A stretch of DNA of 64,000 nucleotides from a virus (taxonomy: Duplodnaviria; Heunggongvirae; Uroviricota; Caudoviricetes). The stretch lies in IMG/VR virus record IMGVR_UViG_3300010365_001539, positions 76 to 64,075 of that record; one strand, written 5' to 3'. The notes under the pieces were generated by a model that did no database searches, was not told the origin of the DNA, and was given only the letters and a program-made list of their open reading frames with translations. This document shows positions 9,027-19,396 of the stretch, piece after piece. Position 1 is the first letter of the stretch. Every line of letters begins with the position of its first letter. Both the position numbers and the translations under genes were made by a program.

Positions 9027-9506
9027 TTAGAAGTTTATTTTCAAACCTAAGTTTTTATTATATGGATCCTTAGAAGCAAATACTGAAATGTTTTTAGTTA
9101 AGTTCAAATTGGCTTGGAATATATTACCAAATGCATTTACATTTGTTATGAATGAACCTTTAGTAGTATATAAAAATTTATCAAAGAAATTCTTATCTAT
9201 ATTATTAACATCACAGAAATTTTCAAAATCCTCTTTTCTAACATCAGCACCTGCAGATGTTAAGAAGTCATAAACTAAATGTGCTTTTTCATCAACTATA
9301 GTATTTAAGTCTTTACTTTGTAATTCAGTTTTATCAAATACAATATTCTTTGCTTTTTTGTGTAGAACTTCTTCTACTTTTTCAGGAGTTACATTCTGTG
9401 AATTTATATAACCCATAGTTACCAATAAAGGTACTAAGAACATATTTTTAAGACCTTCATTTATATGATCTTCATTTACCTCATTAAATTTTTTTAAATA
9501 TTTCAT
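9027..9506 (-). CDS. leader-family protein (N-terminal MKYLKKFNE)
   Basis: 159-aa - strand ORF starting MKYLKKFNEVNE. Flanked by a terminator on one side and a promoter-like region on the other. Confidence 0.55.
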   Translation of the reverse strand: MKYLKKFNEVNEDHINEGLKNMFLVPLLVTMGYINSQNVTPEKVEEVLHKKAKNIVFDKTELQSKDLNTIVDEKAHLVYDFLTSAGADVRKEDFENFCDVNNIDKNFFDKFLYTTKGSFITNVNAFGNIFQANLNLTKNISVFASKDPYNKNLGLKINF

Positions 9507-9535
9507 AACTTATATATTAATTTAAAAAATTATAT

Positions 9536-9543
9536 TATCTTTG
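9536..9543 (+). promoter_or_regulatory. Bacteroidetes-type -7 element TATCTTTG
   Basis: TAnnTTTG match 5 nt upstream of the ATG at 9548. Very AT-rich upstream region. Confidence 0.35.
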
Positions 9544-9547
9544 TAAA

Positions 9548-9886
9548 ATGAAAAAAACACTATTACTATTACTACTTACATTTTATTCCTTTTCTCAAGA
9601 AGGAAAAAAAGAACCATTTGATTCAATCACAAATTGTGAATCAAGATACCTTTATTTTCCCAATTTACAAACATATTATGATTCAAAAACAGAAAAGTAT
9701 CTATATAAAGTTAATGGTGAAATTATAGAATCTGATGAAAGACCAAAAATTGGTTATTCAGTATATAATGGTTATCATGTACAAATAACTGACTATGATG
9801 GTGATGATATTTTTAATTGTTTAGAAATTCACAAGAAATTATATCCATATGTATCATCAAAATCAAGAAAAAGAAATGAGATATGA
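9548..9886 (+). CDS. secreted protein (signal peptide)
   Basis: N-terminal MKKTLLLLLLTFYSFSQE signal-peptide-like sequence. Confidence 0.5.
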   Translation: MKKTLLLLLLTFYSFSQEGKKEPFDSITNCESRYLYFPNLQTYYDSKTEKYLYKVNGEIIESDERPKIGYSVYNGYHVQITDYDGDDIFNCLEIHKKLYPYVSSKSRKRNEI

Positions 9887-10437
9887 TAAATATATTATCT
9901 ATTATAGTACCAATGGTAATAGGTGGGTTAATACTTATGTACATTATATTAGAGACTGTATCTATTTTTGAATTTGGTAGACAAAATGGTAAAGAAATTA
10001 CAAAATTCAAAAACAATATGAACTTTAAACAAAGTTTTATTAATTTTTATAAAGTAATTAAACTTATTAATATTAAAAATTTTGATGATTCATTTGAAAT
10101 TCATACAAGAATGAATGGTGGTTATATACTAAATTCTATTTCATATTATATGAAAATAATTGATGTAGATAATGTACTTTTAATAACTAAGAGTTCATAT
10201 CAGATTGGTTATACTTTATCAACATATAAAAAAATTGATAATGATTTTAAAGAGTATAAAATTAATATTACTGATTCACCAGCACTTCTTTATTGGTATA
10301 GATACTATAAATTAGATAAATTGATAAAGAAAAGCAAATGTAGATTGGTAGAACCTGATGATATAAACAAAATAATAAATGGACACTATACTGTTTATAA
10401 CAGAGATACAAAACTAAAAGAATTACTAAATGACTGA
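9883..10437 (+). CDS. hypothetical protein with an N-terminal TM helix
   Basis: 184-aa ORF with an ATGA overlap to the upstream gene. Confidence 0.45.
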   Translation: MINILSIIVPMVIGGLILMYIILETVSIFEFGRQNGKEITKFKNNMNFKQSFINFYKVIKLINIKNFDDSFEIHTRMNGGYILNSISYYMKIIDVDNVLLITKSSYQIGYTLSTYKKIDNDFKEYKINITDSPALLYWYRYYKLDKLIKKSKCRLVEPDDINKIINGHYTVYNRDTKLKELLND

Positions 10438-10897
10438 TAAAGAAAAAAATTTATATAGAGCAGCAGGTCTTACTTTTAATGTAGGTAAGAATGAGATTGT
10501 TGTTATTCCACCTAAAAAATATTTTGATATTGAAAATCCTGGTAAAAGTATTGACACTTCAAAAATGATTGAAGAGTTGGAATACCTTATTGGTTTTGTT
10601 GAAAAAATTTCTATTAAATTAAGTAATAAAGAATTTACAAGTAGAGCACCTGAGAAAGTTGTTGAAATGGAATATAAAAAGATAAATGATTCTATGAGTA
10701 AAATAAGAATAATTACAGAAACTTTAGACTTTATTTACAATATTTCATCTGACTTAGATAAGAAAAAATTACTTAAAAAGTCTGTTATTGATAATACAAA
10801 GTTTAATGACAAACAAAAAGAATTTCTTATAAATGAGATTGAAGAAGCTGATGAATACTTTATTAATATACTTGAAGAAAAGATAATAAATGATTAG
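10430..10897 (+). CDS. hypothetical protein with a segment resembling the ValRS C-terminal coiled-coil (…LSNKEFTSRAPEKVVEMEYKKI…)
   Basis: Motif L-S-N-x-x-F-x-x-(K/R)-A-P-E-x-V-V-E-x-E resembles the tRNA-synthetase (Val/Leu) C-terminal coiled-coil domain. Confidence 0.4.
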   Translation: MTDKEKNLYRAAGLTFNVGKNEIVVIPPKKYFDIENPGKSIDTSKMIEELEYLIGFVEKISIKLSNKEFTSRAPEKVVEMEYKKINDSMSKIRIITETLDFIYNISSDLDKKKLLKKSVIDNTKFNDKQKEFLINEIEEADEYFINILEEKIIND

Positions 10898-11339
10898 TAG
10901 AAATTATACATACACAGTTGATGAAATAATAGAATTTATTGAAATATATTTTGAAGTAAATCACTATAAGAGAAGAGGTGATGGTCTTATCACCTCTGAA
11001 TTTTCAATAACCAATACTGATATTGATATGGTATTACAATACTTTGATAAAGATATGAAAGTATTTGATATTTCAATGTACACATTTGCAGGTGGTTGGG
11101 AGACTAAAAGAAAATGTATGAAAATACAAATGGATGTTTGTGAAAAAGAAAACAAATATGATTATTGGTTACAAACTCCTGATATACCTTACATTGATAT
11201 GTATTCATTGAAAAAAGTAGGTGCTTTACCAGAGATTGCTAAGGAAGAAATCTTTGGTAAGATAAATGAATTCTTTAAACTAACTTGTAAAAAAGAACAA
11301 TTAAGAGATATAAAATTATTAGAATTGGGTATTAAGTAG
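10890..11339 (+). CDS. hypothetical protein
   Basis: 149-aa ORF. Confidence 0.45.
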   Translation: MISRNYTYTVDEIIEFIEIYFEVNHYKRRGDGLITSEFSITNTDIDMVLQYFDKDMKVFDISMYTFAGGWETKRKCMKIQMDVCEKENKYDYWLQTPDIPYIDMYSLKKVGALPEIAKEEIFGKINEFFKLTCKKEQLRDIKLLELGIK

Positions 11340-13866
11340 TGAATGTTACAGCACCACCAGGTCTTCTCCAGTCAGGTTCAGAGTAAACTCCAACAGTTGA
11401 CCAATAATTCAATCCTCTTGTATCATTAGATGTTGTTGTTTTAAAATCATCAATATTTATCCATCCTGCTGTTCCATCACAATCAACATAAAACTCTAAT
11501 ACACTATCGTGATTTATCACAGGTGTTGTATAAGTTAATATTTGCCAAGTACCATTTGCTGCATTTGTGGCACTAACTGCCATTGTCTCTGCTAAATTTC
11601 CCGCTAAAGGGTTAAATGCATACATCAATCTTGGTTGATTTCCATTATATGCAGCACCGTCACCAACAACTGATTTTCTAATAGCAATAGTAACATTACA
11701 GGTTTGCCCTGAACTAACAGCTATTCGAAAAGGATTTGAAAATGTTTTATTTGTTGTAACCTCAGGTTTTATTCTTATAGTTGGAAGACCATTATAAGTG
11801 ATTACATTATCATTCTGAATAAAACCATTACTTTGAAATTGTCGATATTCATTATTTACTCCACCATGTTTTAATGATGTTACTCCATTAAATCCATTCA
11901 CAGAAGTAAATGCAGCCGTAGAAGCATAAGATGCAGTTATTCCAAAAAATAAACAATTTGTTAATGTAGTTCCAACTTGACCACCTCTTATACATGAAGT
12001 TGAAAAAAGGCTATCTACACCATTAGGATTTTTCCCAAATGTACAATCTGAAAAATGTGTGTAATCATTAAACATTGCTGAATATCCAATAGCAGTTAGA
12101 AGTCCTGTTTTACCTGCCCAAAAGAAGCAATTATTAAACCAAAGTTTTCTAAAAGTACCACCAGAAGAAGAAGCAATTACATTTAAATTTGTTACATTTC
12201 CGTAAAAATAGCAATTTTCAAATTTTTCAAATACTGATCTATCTATGCTTGTAGTTGAGTTACCTGTTATCAATCTAATAGCAATTGAATTATTAAAAAA
12301 TATGTAATTACTCACCGAATATCCAGTAGAATTGGAAGTAAGATAAAGCGCACCATTTCCACCATTTGCATAAAATTTATTACCAGAAGTTCCTGTTAAG
12401 GGATTACTTTGTGAGCCAGCATTACTACAGGATGATATAACATTATTACTACCAATGCTTCCTCCAAAATGTGTAGCAAAACCGGCAAAACCAATTATCA
12501 AATTATTATCATTAATTGTTCCGGAAATTTCAGAGTAACTAAAGAAAATGTTATTAGATAAAGTGTATGTAGTAGTAAATAAACTAGCAAATAATGTACT
12601 TGTACCTGGATTGTTAATTTGCCAAAACGTGCATTGTTGTACATTAAACGTTCCAGTATAAGTTGATGTTCCACTGGCATGAGAATTTGCACCTAATTCA
12701 AAAAATTCTACATCAAAAAATGTAGTTATCCCTTGTAATCCTTGACGGAAACGAGTTTTGAATGTTGCATTTACACTACGTATTTTTATGTTTCGAGTAA
12801 GATTTACTAAGTCCGCTTGCATAAAGATTGCAGCATTACCATCATGAGCAAATGTTGTTGCAGGAATAGTCAATGTAGTTCCAGATGCATTTGAGCTTAA
12901 AACTCTTCGATCAATTTGAGTAGTTGTTCTTGTTGTGCTTGGAATAATGATAGTATCGTTTTGTCTCCATCCAGTAGCAACATTACTTGTTATGGTTGTT
13001 GCACCAACAGCAATATCTGCTGCTAAAAGAGCTCTGTGTAATATAGTAGTTGCATGCTTTGTTTCTAATGTACCATAATTTAAAATTCCAAATTGTAAAG
13101 CTGAGGCACAATTTATTTCTAGAACTGCAGTAGATGTTGCAGGTATTGGATTAGCAAAAGTCCCAATTGTAAATGTAGCTCCTCTACCAATTATTAAATC
13201 ACCATTTAATCTCAATCCATAATTTGTTGATGGTGCTATTCCATAATTAAAGGTTCCATTACTACCCACATAACAATTTCCATATTGTGTTGCAAGAGAA
13301 GTACTATTCATAGTAACTGTTACAATAGTATTAACTCCTGCTGCAGTATATTCACCAGAAGTTATCACTGTATCGGTTGCTACAGGTGCTTGTGTAGTTG
13401 TAGTAACAAGAGCTCGACTCCAGTTATTTGTAACAGCACTTCGATAAACAGTTACTGTACTATTTACTGAAGAAAATGCTCTAACTGAATATTGATTTCC
13501 TGCAATTAGTGTAACACTGCTATCAAATTTAAAATATGTCCAACCAATAAAACCTCCATTTAAAGTACCACCAGTATTGGGTAAATCTGAAATATTTACT
13601 ACAACATCCTTTACAACAGCACCTACTGTATTATTCCATAGCCTTACAGTCATAGTTCCAGAAGGAACTGCTATTCTTGATCCTAATTGTAATGCAACAC
13701 CTGCTACAGTTATAGCACCAGGAGTAAGTGCTACAGAAGCATTGGTTTGGGTTGTAGTCAGAGCTTGTTCACTAGTTCTATTATCTAAATAAGAAGTAGC
13801 TTCAACTAGCCCCCAAGTAGAAGCATCTAAGAAATTACCAGATTGTATTGATTGTAGTATTGCCAT
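11332..13866 (-). CDS. large virion fibre/adhesin-like structural protein (T/S/N/G-rich, probable beta-helix)
   Basis: 844-aa - strand ORF. Composition biased to T, S, N, G and A. Many short beta-strand-like repeats (e.g. FFNNSIAIRLITGNST). Adjacent to and co-oriented with the collagen-like fibre gene. Confidence 0.55.
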   Translation of the reverse strand: MAILQSIQSGNFLDASTWGLVEATSYLDNRTSEQALTTTQTNASVALTPGAITVAGVALQLGSRIAVPSGTMTVRLWNNTVGAVVKDVVVNISDLPNTGGTLNGGFIGWTYFKFDSSVTLIAGNQYSVRAFSSVNSTVTVYRSAVTNNWSRALVTTTTQAPVATDTVITSGEYTAAGVNTIVTVTMNSTSLATQYGNCYVGSNGTFNYGIAPSTNYGLRLNGDLIIGRGATFTIGTFANPIPATSTAVLEINCASALQFGILNYGTLETKHATTILHRALLAADIAVGATTITSNVATGWRQNDTIIIPSTTRTTTQIDRRVLSSNASGTTLTIPATTFAHDGNAAIFMQADLVNLTRNIKIRSVNATFKTRFRQGLQGITTFFDVEFFELGANSHASGTSTYTGTFNVQQCTFWQINNPGTSTLFASLFTTTYTLSNNIFFSYSEISGTINDNNLIIGFAGFATHFGGSIGSNNVISSCSNAGSQSNPLTGTSGNKFYANGGNGALYLTSNSTGYSVSNYIFFNNSIAIRLITGNSTTSIDRSVFEKFENCYFYGNVTNLNVIASSSGGTFRKLWFNNCFFWAGKTGLLTAIGYSAMFNDYTHFSDCTFGKNPNGVDSLFSTSCIRGGQVGTTLTNCLFFGITASYASTAAFTSVNGFNGVTSLKHGGVNNEYRQFQSNGFIQNDNVITYNGLPTIRIKPEVTTNKTFSNPFRIAVSSGQTCNVTIAIRKSVVGDGAAYNGNQPRLMYAFNPLAGNLAETMAVSATNAANGTWQILTYTTPVINHDSVLEFYVDCDGTAGWINIDDFKTTTSNDTRGLNYWSTVGVYSEPDWRRPGGAVTFTT

Positions 13867-13874
13867 TATCCAGA

Positions 13875-16076
13875 TTAATTTTGTGTACCTTGTATTACCA
13901 AAGTTGCTTTTGTTATTGTTGAAACTGAGTCAACATTAAAACGTATTATATCACCAGAATTGATAGTTGTTGTCCAACCTGTTAAAGTTGAACTTTGATT
14001 TTTTATAACTGATGATAATGTTGGTTTAGCAGAACCTGTTATAGTATCTGATTGTGTTGCAGGATAATTAGCATAAGTATCTTTCCAAACATCTATTACA
14101 ATTGAGCCAACCTGGTCTGCAATCAAAGTCCAAGAACTTATAGTCATTGAATAAGGAATAACAATGTCTCCTTGAACACCTGTTGTTATAATCGAACCAG
14201 CACCATCAATAGTAATACCAAAACTTCTTTCTATCTGAGGTGTAGAACCAGTTGCACCAGCAGGACCTGTTGGACCAGTTGGACCAGTTGGACCAATTAA
14301 ACCATCTGCACCTGTAGCACCTTGTGGTCCAGCAGATAATGATGTATCAACTAATTGATTACCATTTACTCTACCAATTACATCTTGAGTTGTTAATTCA
14401 TCTGGTAAATCACCTAAAAAGAACCAACCATCTTGGTCTCTATCAACAACACTTATTTGAGTATTCTTTACAGTTGTATTTGCTTGGTAGAAATAACTTG
14501 AACCACCATCATAGTTATCTGTTCCTCCTTGTGATGCATTATTATCATATAACATATTATAGTTATACGAATTAGTTATAGTACAAGAACCAATAGCAGA
14601 ACCATTATCTAATTTATATTTTGTTAATGTTGATTTTGTTATACTTAATGTAGAAAATTCTGAGTTATTATCTAAATCAAAATAAGATAGCTCACAACTT
14701 TCATAAAAGTCTGTTTTGTTTATAAGTGATGTGTTATTTAGTGTTACATACTTAAACATTAAATCACCATAAGCAACTATATCATTTATTTTAGAACCAT
14801 TATCTAATGTTATATTAGTCATAATAGTTTTACTATTAACACTAATCCTATACATATAAGACTGGTTATTTAATATAACATTATCTTGAGATATACCATC
14901 AAAGTTTATATTGTTGTTATATGAATTTGTAATTCTTTGATTTCCAATTCCCTCAAATCTTTGCTTATCTAAGTTATATGTAAATCCTTTACCCCATTGA
15001 AAAGCTTTTATAGGACAATAATCACCAGTTTCATTTTGTATCTTCTTTAATTCATCATAGTTAAATGAAACCTCGTTTATATTCTTCTCGTTTCTATAAA
15101 CAATTTTATTATTATCTATATCATATTTTATTTTATCATAAGATATATTATAATTTTCATTATCATATAGTATTAATTCCCACTCTTCATTTAACTCATA
15201 GTCACTATTTGCAGAACCTACATTTCCATTTTTGTTTTTCCAAACATAACCACCCCATATAACTCTATCATCTATATTATATGAACCAGTAAATTGCCAT
15301 ATACCAAAATCTCTATATTTAGGTGTATAGAATATACCTGTACCAAATGTATCTAATTTATTATTTTCTAATGCTAATAAGTATATAGTTGAACCCTTAC
15401 CTTCATTACCATAACCATATAATAATCTATCTACATCAACAATTTTATATGTAACACCTCTTATTAATCTTCTATCAGCAATTAGTGTTAATATATTACC
15501 TAAGTTTGTATATATAATGTTTATTTCATCCGGTATTACAACTTCACCACCTAAACTATCAACTAAAGTTAAAGTATTATCACTTGGAGTAAAATAACCA
15601 CTTACAATAGGATTACCAGGTCCCGTAGGTCCTGTAACACCTTGAATACCTTGAATACCTTGAGGTCCAGTTGAACCTGTTGTTCCTCTTGGTCCAGTTG
15701 CTCCAACTGGTCCTTGGATACCCTGAGGTCCTGTTGCACCAGTAACACCTTGACTTCCAGTTGGACCTGTAACACCTTGACTTCCAGTTGAACCTGTAAC
15801 ACCTTGACTTCCAGTTGAACCTGTAACACCTTGACTTCCAGTTGGACCTGTAACACCTTGACTTCCAGTTGGACCTGTAGCACCTTGACTTCCAGTTGGT
15901 CCTGTAGCACCTTGACTTCCAGTTGGTCCTGTAACACCTTGACTACCAGTTGGTCCTGTTGACACACCACCTAAGTCTAATAAATTACCAAATCCATCAT
16001 AATATAAACCACCTACAACTTGAACTAATCTACCATATGTATTTGAGACAGTAAGCCCCGTTAAATTATTACTCAT
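13875..16076 (-). CDS. collagen-like repeat-containing fibre protein
   Basis: About 40 G-X-Y triplets near the N-terminus ([19 protein letters not shown]...). A second G-X-Y run lies near the C-terminus ([28 protein letters not shown]). 733 aa. Confidence 0.75.
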   Translation of the reverse strand: MSNNLTGLTVSNTYGRLVQVVGGLYYDGFGNLLDLGGVSTGPTGSQGVTGPTGSQGATGPTGSQGATGPTGSQGVTGPTGSQGVTGSTGSQGVTGSTGSQGVTGPTGSQGVTGATGPQGIQGPVGATGPRGTTGSTGPQGIQGIQGVTGPTGPGNPIVSGYFTPSDNTLTLVDSLGGEVVIPDEINIIYTNLGNILTLIADRRLIRGVTYKIVDVDRLLYGYGNEGKGSTIYLLALENNKLDTFGTGIFYTPKYRDFGIWQFTGSYNIDDRVIWGGYVWKNKNGNVGSANSDYELNEEWELILYDNENYNISYDKIKYDIDNNKIVYRNEKNINEVSFNYDELKKIQNETGDYCPIKAFQWGKGFTYNLDKQRFEGIGNQRITNSYNNNINFDGISQDNVILNNQSYMYRISVNSKTIMTNITLDNGSKINDIVAYGDLMFKYVTLNNTSLINKTDFYESCELSYFDLDNNSEFSTLSITKSTLTKYKLDNGSAIGSCTITNSYNYNMLYDNNASQGGTDNYDGGSSYFYQANTTVKNTQISVVDRDQDGWFFLGDLPDELTTQDVIGRVNGNQLVDTSLSAGPQGATGADGLIGPTGPTGPTGPAGATGSTPQIERSFGITIDGAGSIITTGVQGDIVIPYSMTISSWTLIADQVGSIVIDVWKDTYANYPATQSDTITGSAKPTLSSVIKNQSSTLTGWTTTINSGDIIRFNVDSVSTITKATLVIQGTQN
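15640..15965. repeat. tandem array of ~27-bp repeats (CCTTGACTTCCAGTTGGACCTGTAACA and variants) encoding the collagen-like G-X-Y region
   Basis: Visible periodic near-identical 27-mers between about 15650 and 15960. The antisense ORF 15602..15970 ([12 protein letters not shown] repeats) is an artefact of this array. Confidence 0.8.
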
Positions 16077-16126
16077 ATACTTATATATAATTACAAAGGC
16101 CCTGTAATTTTAAAAATATATAGTTA

Positions 16127-16471
16127 ATGCAGGAAAAAAAATATCTTAAATGGGAAGAGGTTGATAGTATTTGGGATGATACAAACTACCTATGGGAAGA
16201 TGTTGCCATATTTATTGAAATAAATGACTTAGTTAATAGAGGTGGTGGAGATTATGCTGCTTATGTAAAAGGAAATCCATGGGAACAACTTAGAAAAGAT
16301 TTAGGTGAAGAAAAAACCAAAAGAGTTATAAAACTTTATTGTAAACACAAAGGTGTTGAGTATGAAGAATCTAAAGGAATTAATGAAAGTATTAAAGTAA
16401 CTGCTTCTGAATTTGAGATATTTGTTAAAAACTCAATAAGAGAAAGTATAAGTATAAAAGTTAATTTTTAA
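16127..16471 (+). CDS. hypothetical protein
   Basis: 114-aa ORF. Confidence 0.45.
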   Translation: MQEKKYLKWEEVDSIWDDTNYLWEDVAIFIEINDLVNRGGGDYAAYVKGNPWEQLRKDLGEEKTKRVIKLYCKHKGVEYEESKGINESIKVTASEFEIFVKNSIRESISIKVNF

Positions 16472-16506
16472 AATTAATATATAGAAATAATAAAAATAGT
16501 CAAATT

Positions 16507-17136
16507 ATGGAAAAAAGTGATGTATTTAGCTTTGAAGACTTTATGAGTAATGGTACAAAACCAGTTAAAGAGTCTAAAAAAGAAGAAGAAAAAGTTGATG
16601 ATAAAGTAACTGATGTTACTGAACCAGTTAAAGATAAAGAACTTTCAGAACCTAAAAAGAAAGAAGAAAAACCTGTTGAAACTGAAAAAGTAATGCCAGT
16701 TGAAGTTGAAGACTTTGTAATTGATGAAGATGATAACTCTGCATTTGTTGAAAGTACTGATAATGACAATTTCTACAAACTTTATAAAGATATAAATGAA
16801 GAGTTCTCTTGTGATATTGCAATTGAAGGTTCTTCACCAGAAGATACTTATGCAAGAATTATTGTTGAATCAGAAGAATGGTCTTTAGTATTTCCAGGTA
16901 CAATCAGAAATGGTAAATGTATTGTTCCTATTAAAAAATTAGGAATCTTAAAAGAAGGTGAAGTTGGTAATATTAAACTTGAAGTAGTTGCAGAAGGTAA
17001 CTTATTTATTCCGTGGGAAGATACATTCAAAGTTAAAGTTTCTAAGAAAGTAACAGTTAACTTAAATGAAACTAAAGCTGCTCAAAAAGCACCTGTAACA
17101 AGAAATGTTGGTGTTAAAGTAAATGTAAATAGATAA
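16507..17136 (+). CDS. hypothetical protein with a highly acidic, K/E-rich N-terminal half
   Basis: 209-aa ORF. N-terminal EEKVDDKVTDVTEPVKDKELSEPKKKEEKPVETEK low-complexity segment. Beta-rich C-terminal half. Confidence 0.5.
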   Translation: MEKSDVFSFEDFMSNGTKPVKESKKEEEKVDDKVTDVTEPVKDKELSEPKKKEEKPVETEKVMPVEVEDFVIDEDDNSAFVESTDNDNFYKLYKDINEEFSCDIAIEGSSPEDTYARIIVESEEWSLVFPGTIRNGKCIVPIKKLGILKEGEVGNIKLEVVAEGNLFIPWEDTFKVKVSKKVTVNLNETKAAQKAPVTRNVGVKVNVNR

Positions 17137-17137
17137 A

Positions 17138-17168
17138 AAAATCCACTGAAAAGTGGATTTTTATTTTA
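17138..17168. terminator. bidirectional rho-independent terminator
   Basis: Hairpin AAATCCACT-GAAA-AGTGGATTT followed by TTTATTTT. Lies between convergent 16507..17136 (+) and 17166..17999 (-). Confidence 0.7.
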
Positions 17169-17999
17169 GTATTGATCACCTCTACCAGGATTAGGTGGTT
17201 TTGGAAAGTCCATATAATCATCTGACTTTTTAGGGAAAGCATCATTTTCTTTTTGAAAAACTATTCTTTTTCTTGAAAAAGTATCTCCCAAATACCCAAT
17301 GTATATGTTATTATATTCTGAAAATTGATTCTGCATATCTTTTATTAACTCATCTAACCAATCTTGTTCTTTATCATTTATTCTATCCATCCAACCCATT
17401 GCTAGACATATAGACATATTATAATTACCATCTAATTCATCTAATACAATTTTTAAAGGAAAGAACCTACCTATAAACTCATCACTTATATCAATGAATA
17501 ATTGTTCTGCAACAGTTTTATACATTTTATCAAAGTCCATTACTTCTTTAGACTCTTTTATATCAGTATCAAGATTAATCTTGATATAGACATATCTGAT
17601 ATTTTTATCAGTTATATCACTTTCAATTAAATCATCCAATTCTATACCAGAAGGTTCTTCTGAGGCAGAACCTGGAAATTTAGTAACTGCAGTAGCAACC
17701 ACTACATCAAATCTTTCTTTTAATATCTCATAAAAAGGAATCACATCATCCTTTACTTCACTCCAATTATAATCTTTATTATTATGAATCCCTGCCCCAT
17801 AATATGCAGGTTTTAATATATTAATAATGGCCACACTATTACTATCACCTCTACTTACTTTTGTTACAAACCCCTCATCCTTTAAAAATGCTAAGTACTC
17901 ATCACAAAAATCACTCACTTTTCTAAATCCTGTAATTACACTCATCATATGAGATTTAAGTGGGGTAGTAAAACTTTCATATAATTTTAAATATTTCAT
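17166..17999 (-). CDS. leader-family protein (MKYLKLYESF), subfamily with an FCDEYLAFLKDEGF / WSEVKDDVIPF N-domain
   Basis: 277-aa - strand ORF. Shares an N-terminal ~120-aa domain with 34263..34691, 39724..40170 and 46976..47419. Confidence 0.55.
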   Translation of the reverse strand: MKYLKLYESFTTPLKSHMMSVITGFRKVSDFCDEYLAFLKDEGFVTKVSRGDSNSVAIINILKPAYYGAGIHNNKDYNWSEVKDDVIPFYEILKERFDVVVATAVTKFPGSASEEPSGIELDDLIESDITDKNIRYVYIKINLDTDIKESKEVMDFDKMYKTVAEQLFIDISDEFIGRFFPLKIVLDELDGNYNMSICLAMGWMDRINDKEQDWLDELIKDMQNQFSEYNNIYIGYLGDTFSRKRIVFQKENDAFPKKSDDYMDFPKPPNPGRGDQY

Positions 18000-18067
18000 T
18001 ACTTATATATTAATTTTGAAAATCTTTTTAGTAACTTTATTATATAAATAATAAAATATAAATAATT

Positions 18068-18298
18068 ATGGACAGACACAGTTTAATACAAGAGTTTCCT
18101 GAGCACCAGGACAAAATTCACCAATTGAAAATGGAAGACAATCACTTTAAAAAATTATTTGAAAAATACCACATTTTAGAACATGATATTCATAGAATAA
18201 AATCTGGTGCAGAAGTTACTTCTGATGAAGAATTGAACCACAAGAAAATTGAGTTCTTACAATGTAAAGATGAATTGTTTGGTATGATAAAAGGATAA
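18068..18298 (+). CDS. YdcH-like (DUF465) small protein
   Basis: MDRHSLIQEFPEHQDKIHQLKMEDNHFKKLFEKYHILEHDIHRIK fits the YdcH pattern (FPE...I..LK.ED.HF..LF..H.LDHEI.R.E). Confidence 0.55.
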   Translation: MDRHSLIQEFPEHQDKIHQLKMEDNHFKKLFEKYHILEHDIHRIKSGAEVTSDEELNHKKIEFLQCKDELFGMIKG

Positions 18299-18299
18299 T

Positions 18300-18503
18300 A
18301 TGAAAAGTCCACTAACTGGAAAAGAAATGATTCTAATGTCAGAACCTGACACACTTGAATATAAAGGTAAAGTTTATGATGTTATACATCATTTTTACTT
18401 ATGTATAGATACTAATGAAAGGTTCACCACAACTGAATTAGATGAATTAAACTTAAAAGAATTACAAGATGAAGTTAATATGCAAAAAAGTAGGTCCAAC
18501 TAA
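18300..18503 (+). CDS. hypothetical protein
   Basis: 67-aa ORF with an ATAATATG junction. Confidence 0.4.
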   Translation: MKSPLTGKEMILMSEPDTLEYKGKVYDVIHHFYLCIDTNERFTTTELDELNLKELQDEVNMQKSRSN

Positions 18504-18693
18504 AGATAGATTTAGATTAACCATAGGAAAAGAATATAATTCTATTGGACATTACAAAAATAGATATGATGATACTATAATACAAAGTTATAGAGTTGTT
18601 AATGATGATGGTCTTGAATGTCTATATGACTACACAATGTTTCATTCATTAGAAGAAATAAGAGATAGTAAATTAAAAAAATTAGGAATATGA
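18469..18693 (+). CDS. small protein of the C-terminal KLxxLGI-motif family
   Basis: Contains LTIGKEY. Ends EEIRDSKLKKLGI. Its stop overlaps the next ATG (ATATGA). Confidence 0.5.
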   Translation: MKLICKKVGPTKDRFRLTIGKEYNSIGHYKNRYDDTIIQSYRVVNDDGLECLYDYTMFHSLEEIRDSKLKKLGI

Positions 18694-18893
18694 AAGTATA
18701 TTGTCATGATAATAATTGGTTAGATAAAGAACCTAAACTAACAATTGGTAAGATGTATGAAGTGATTGAAGAAAGAGGACACAATTATTTTCTAATTGAA
18801 AATGATGAAGGTAAAAGAGAAATTTTCCCGAGATCTTGTTTTCAGTACATTGAACAAATGAGAGAAACAAAACTAAGAAAATTAGGAATATGA
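18690..18893 (+). CDS. small protein of the C-terminal KLxxLGI-motif family
   Basis: Starts MKVYC. Contains LTIGKMYEV. Ends MRETKLRKLGI. ATGA overlap on both sides. Confidence 0.5.
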   Translation: MKVYCHDNNWLDKEPKLTIGKMYEVIEERGHNYFLIENDEGKREIFPRSCFQYIEQMRETKLRKLGI

Positions 18894-19360
18894 TAGTTAT
18901 AAAACCAGATAGTTTAGAACAAGAATGTAATATGACATCTGTATTTCTTGCAGGTTCAATTGAAATGGGATTAGCAGAAGATTGGCAAACAAAAACTTCT
19001 GAGTTGTTTAAAGACACTGATGTTACTTTCTTTAACCCAAGAAGAGATGGTTGGGATTCAAGTTGGACTCAAGAAAGAATTAATAAAGAGTTTTCACATC
19101 AAGTGAATTGGGAAATGGATAGTTTAGAAGAGTGTGATATAATCTTTATGAATATATTACCTGGTACAAAAAGTCCAATCACTTTATTAGAACTTGGATT
19201 ACATGCCAACTCTAAAAAGATTATAGTTTGTTGTCCAGATGGATTTTGGAGAAAAGGAAATGTAGAAATTGTTTGTAGTAGATTTAAAATACCTCTTTAT
19301 AACAATTTTGAAGAAGCAGTTGAAAAATTAAAAGATATGATAAAAAATTCCTCTAAGTGA
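18890..19360 (+). CDS. nucleoside 2-deoxyribosyltransferase-like protein
   Basis: N-terminal VFLAGSI. The pattern ...NPRRDGW ... PGTKSPITLLELGLHANSKKIIV is typical of the nucleoside 2-deoxyribosyltransferase (NDT/Rcl) fold. Confidence 0.6.
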   Translation: MIVIKPDSLEQECNMTSVFLAGSIEMGLAEDWQTKTSELFKDTDVTFFNPRRDGWDSSWTQERINKEFSHQVNWEMDSLEECDIIFMNILPGTKSPITLLELGLHANSKKIIVCCPDGFWRKGNVEIVCSRFKIPLYNNFEEAVEKLKDMIKNSSK

Positions 19361-19374
19361 GGAATTTTTTTTAT
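19346..19374 (+). terminator. rho-independent terminator overlapping the stop of 18890..19360
   Basis: Hairpin AATTCCTC-TAAGT-GAGGAATT followed by TTTTTTTT. Confidence 0.65.
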
Positions 19375-19396
19375 CTTTACAAAAAATAATATAATA

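Noticed and set aside
15640-15965. Regular short direct repeats: possible CRISPR array?
   Set aside because: The repeats are contiguous with no spacers. They are in-frame coding sequence for G-X-Y triplets. They lack palindromic repeat structure.
15602-15970. Antisense ORF with [12 protein letters not shown] repeats
   Set aside because: It is the reverse-complement reading of the 27-bp collagen-like repeats inside gene 13875..16076. It is a repeat artefact, not a gene.
11332-16076. Diversity-generating retroelement targeting the fibre genes
   Set aside because: No reverse-transcriptase ORF and no template/variable repeat pair were seen in or near the fibre module.
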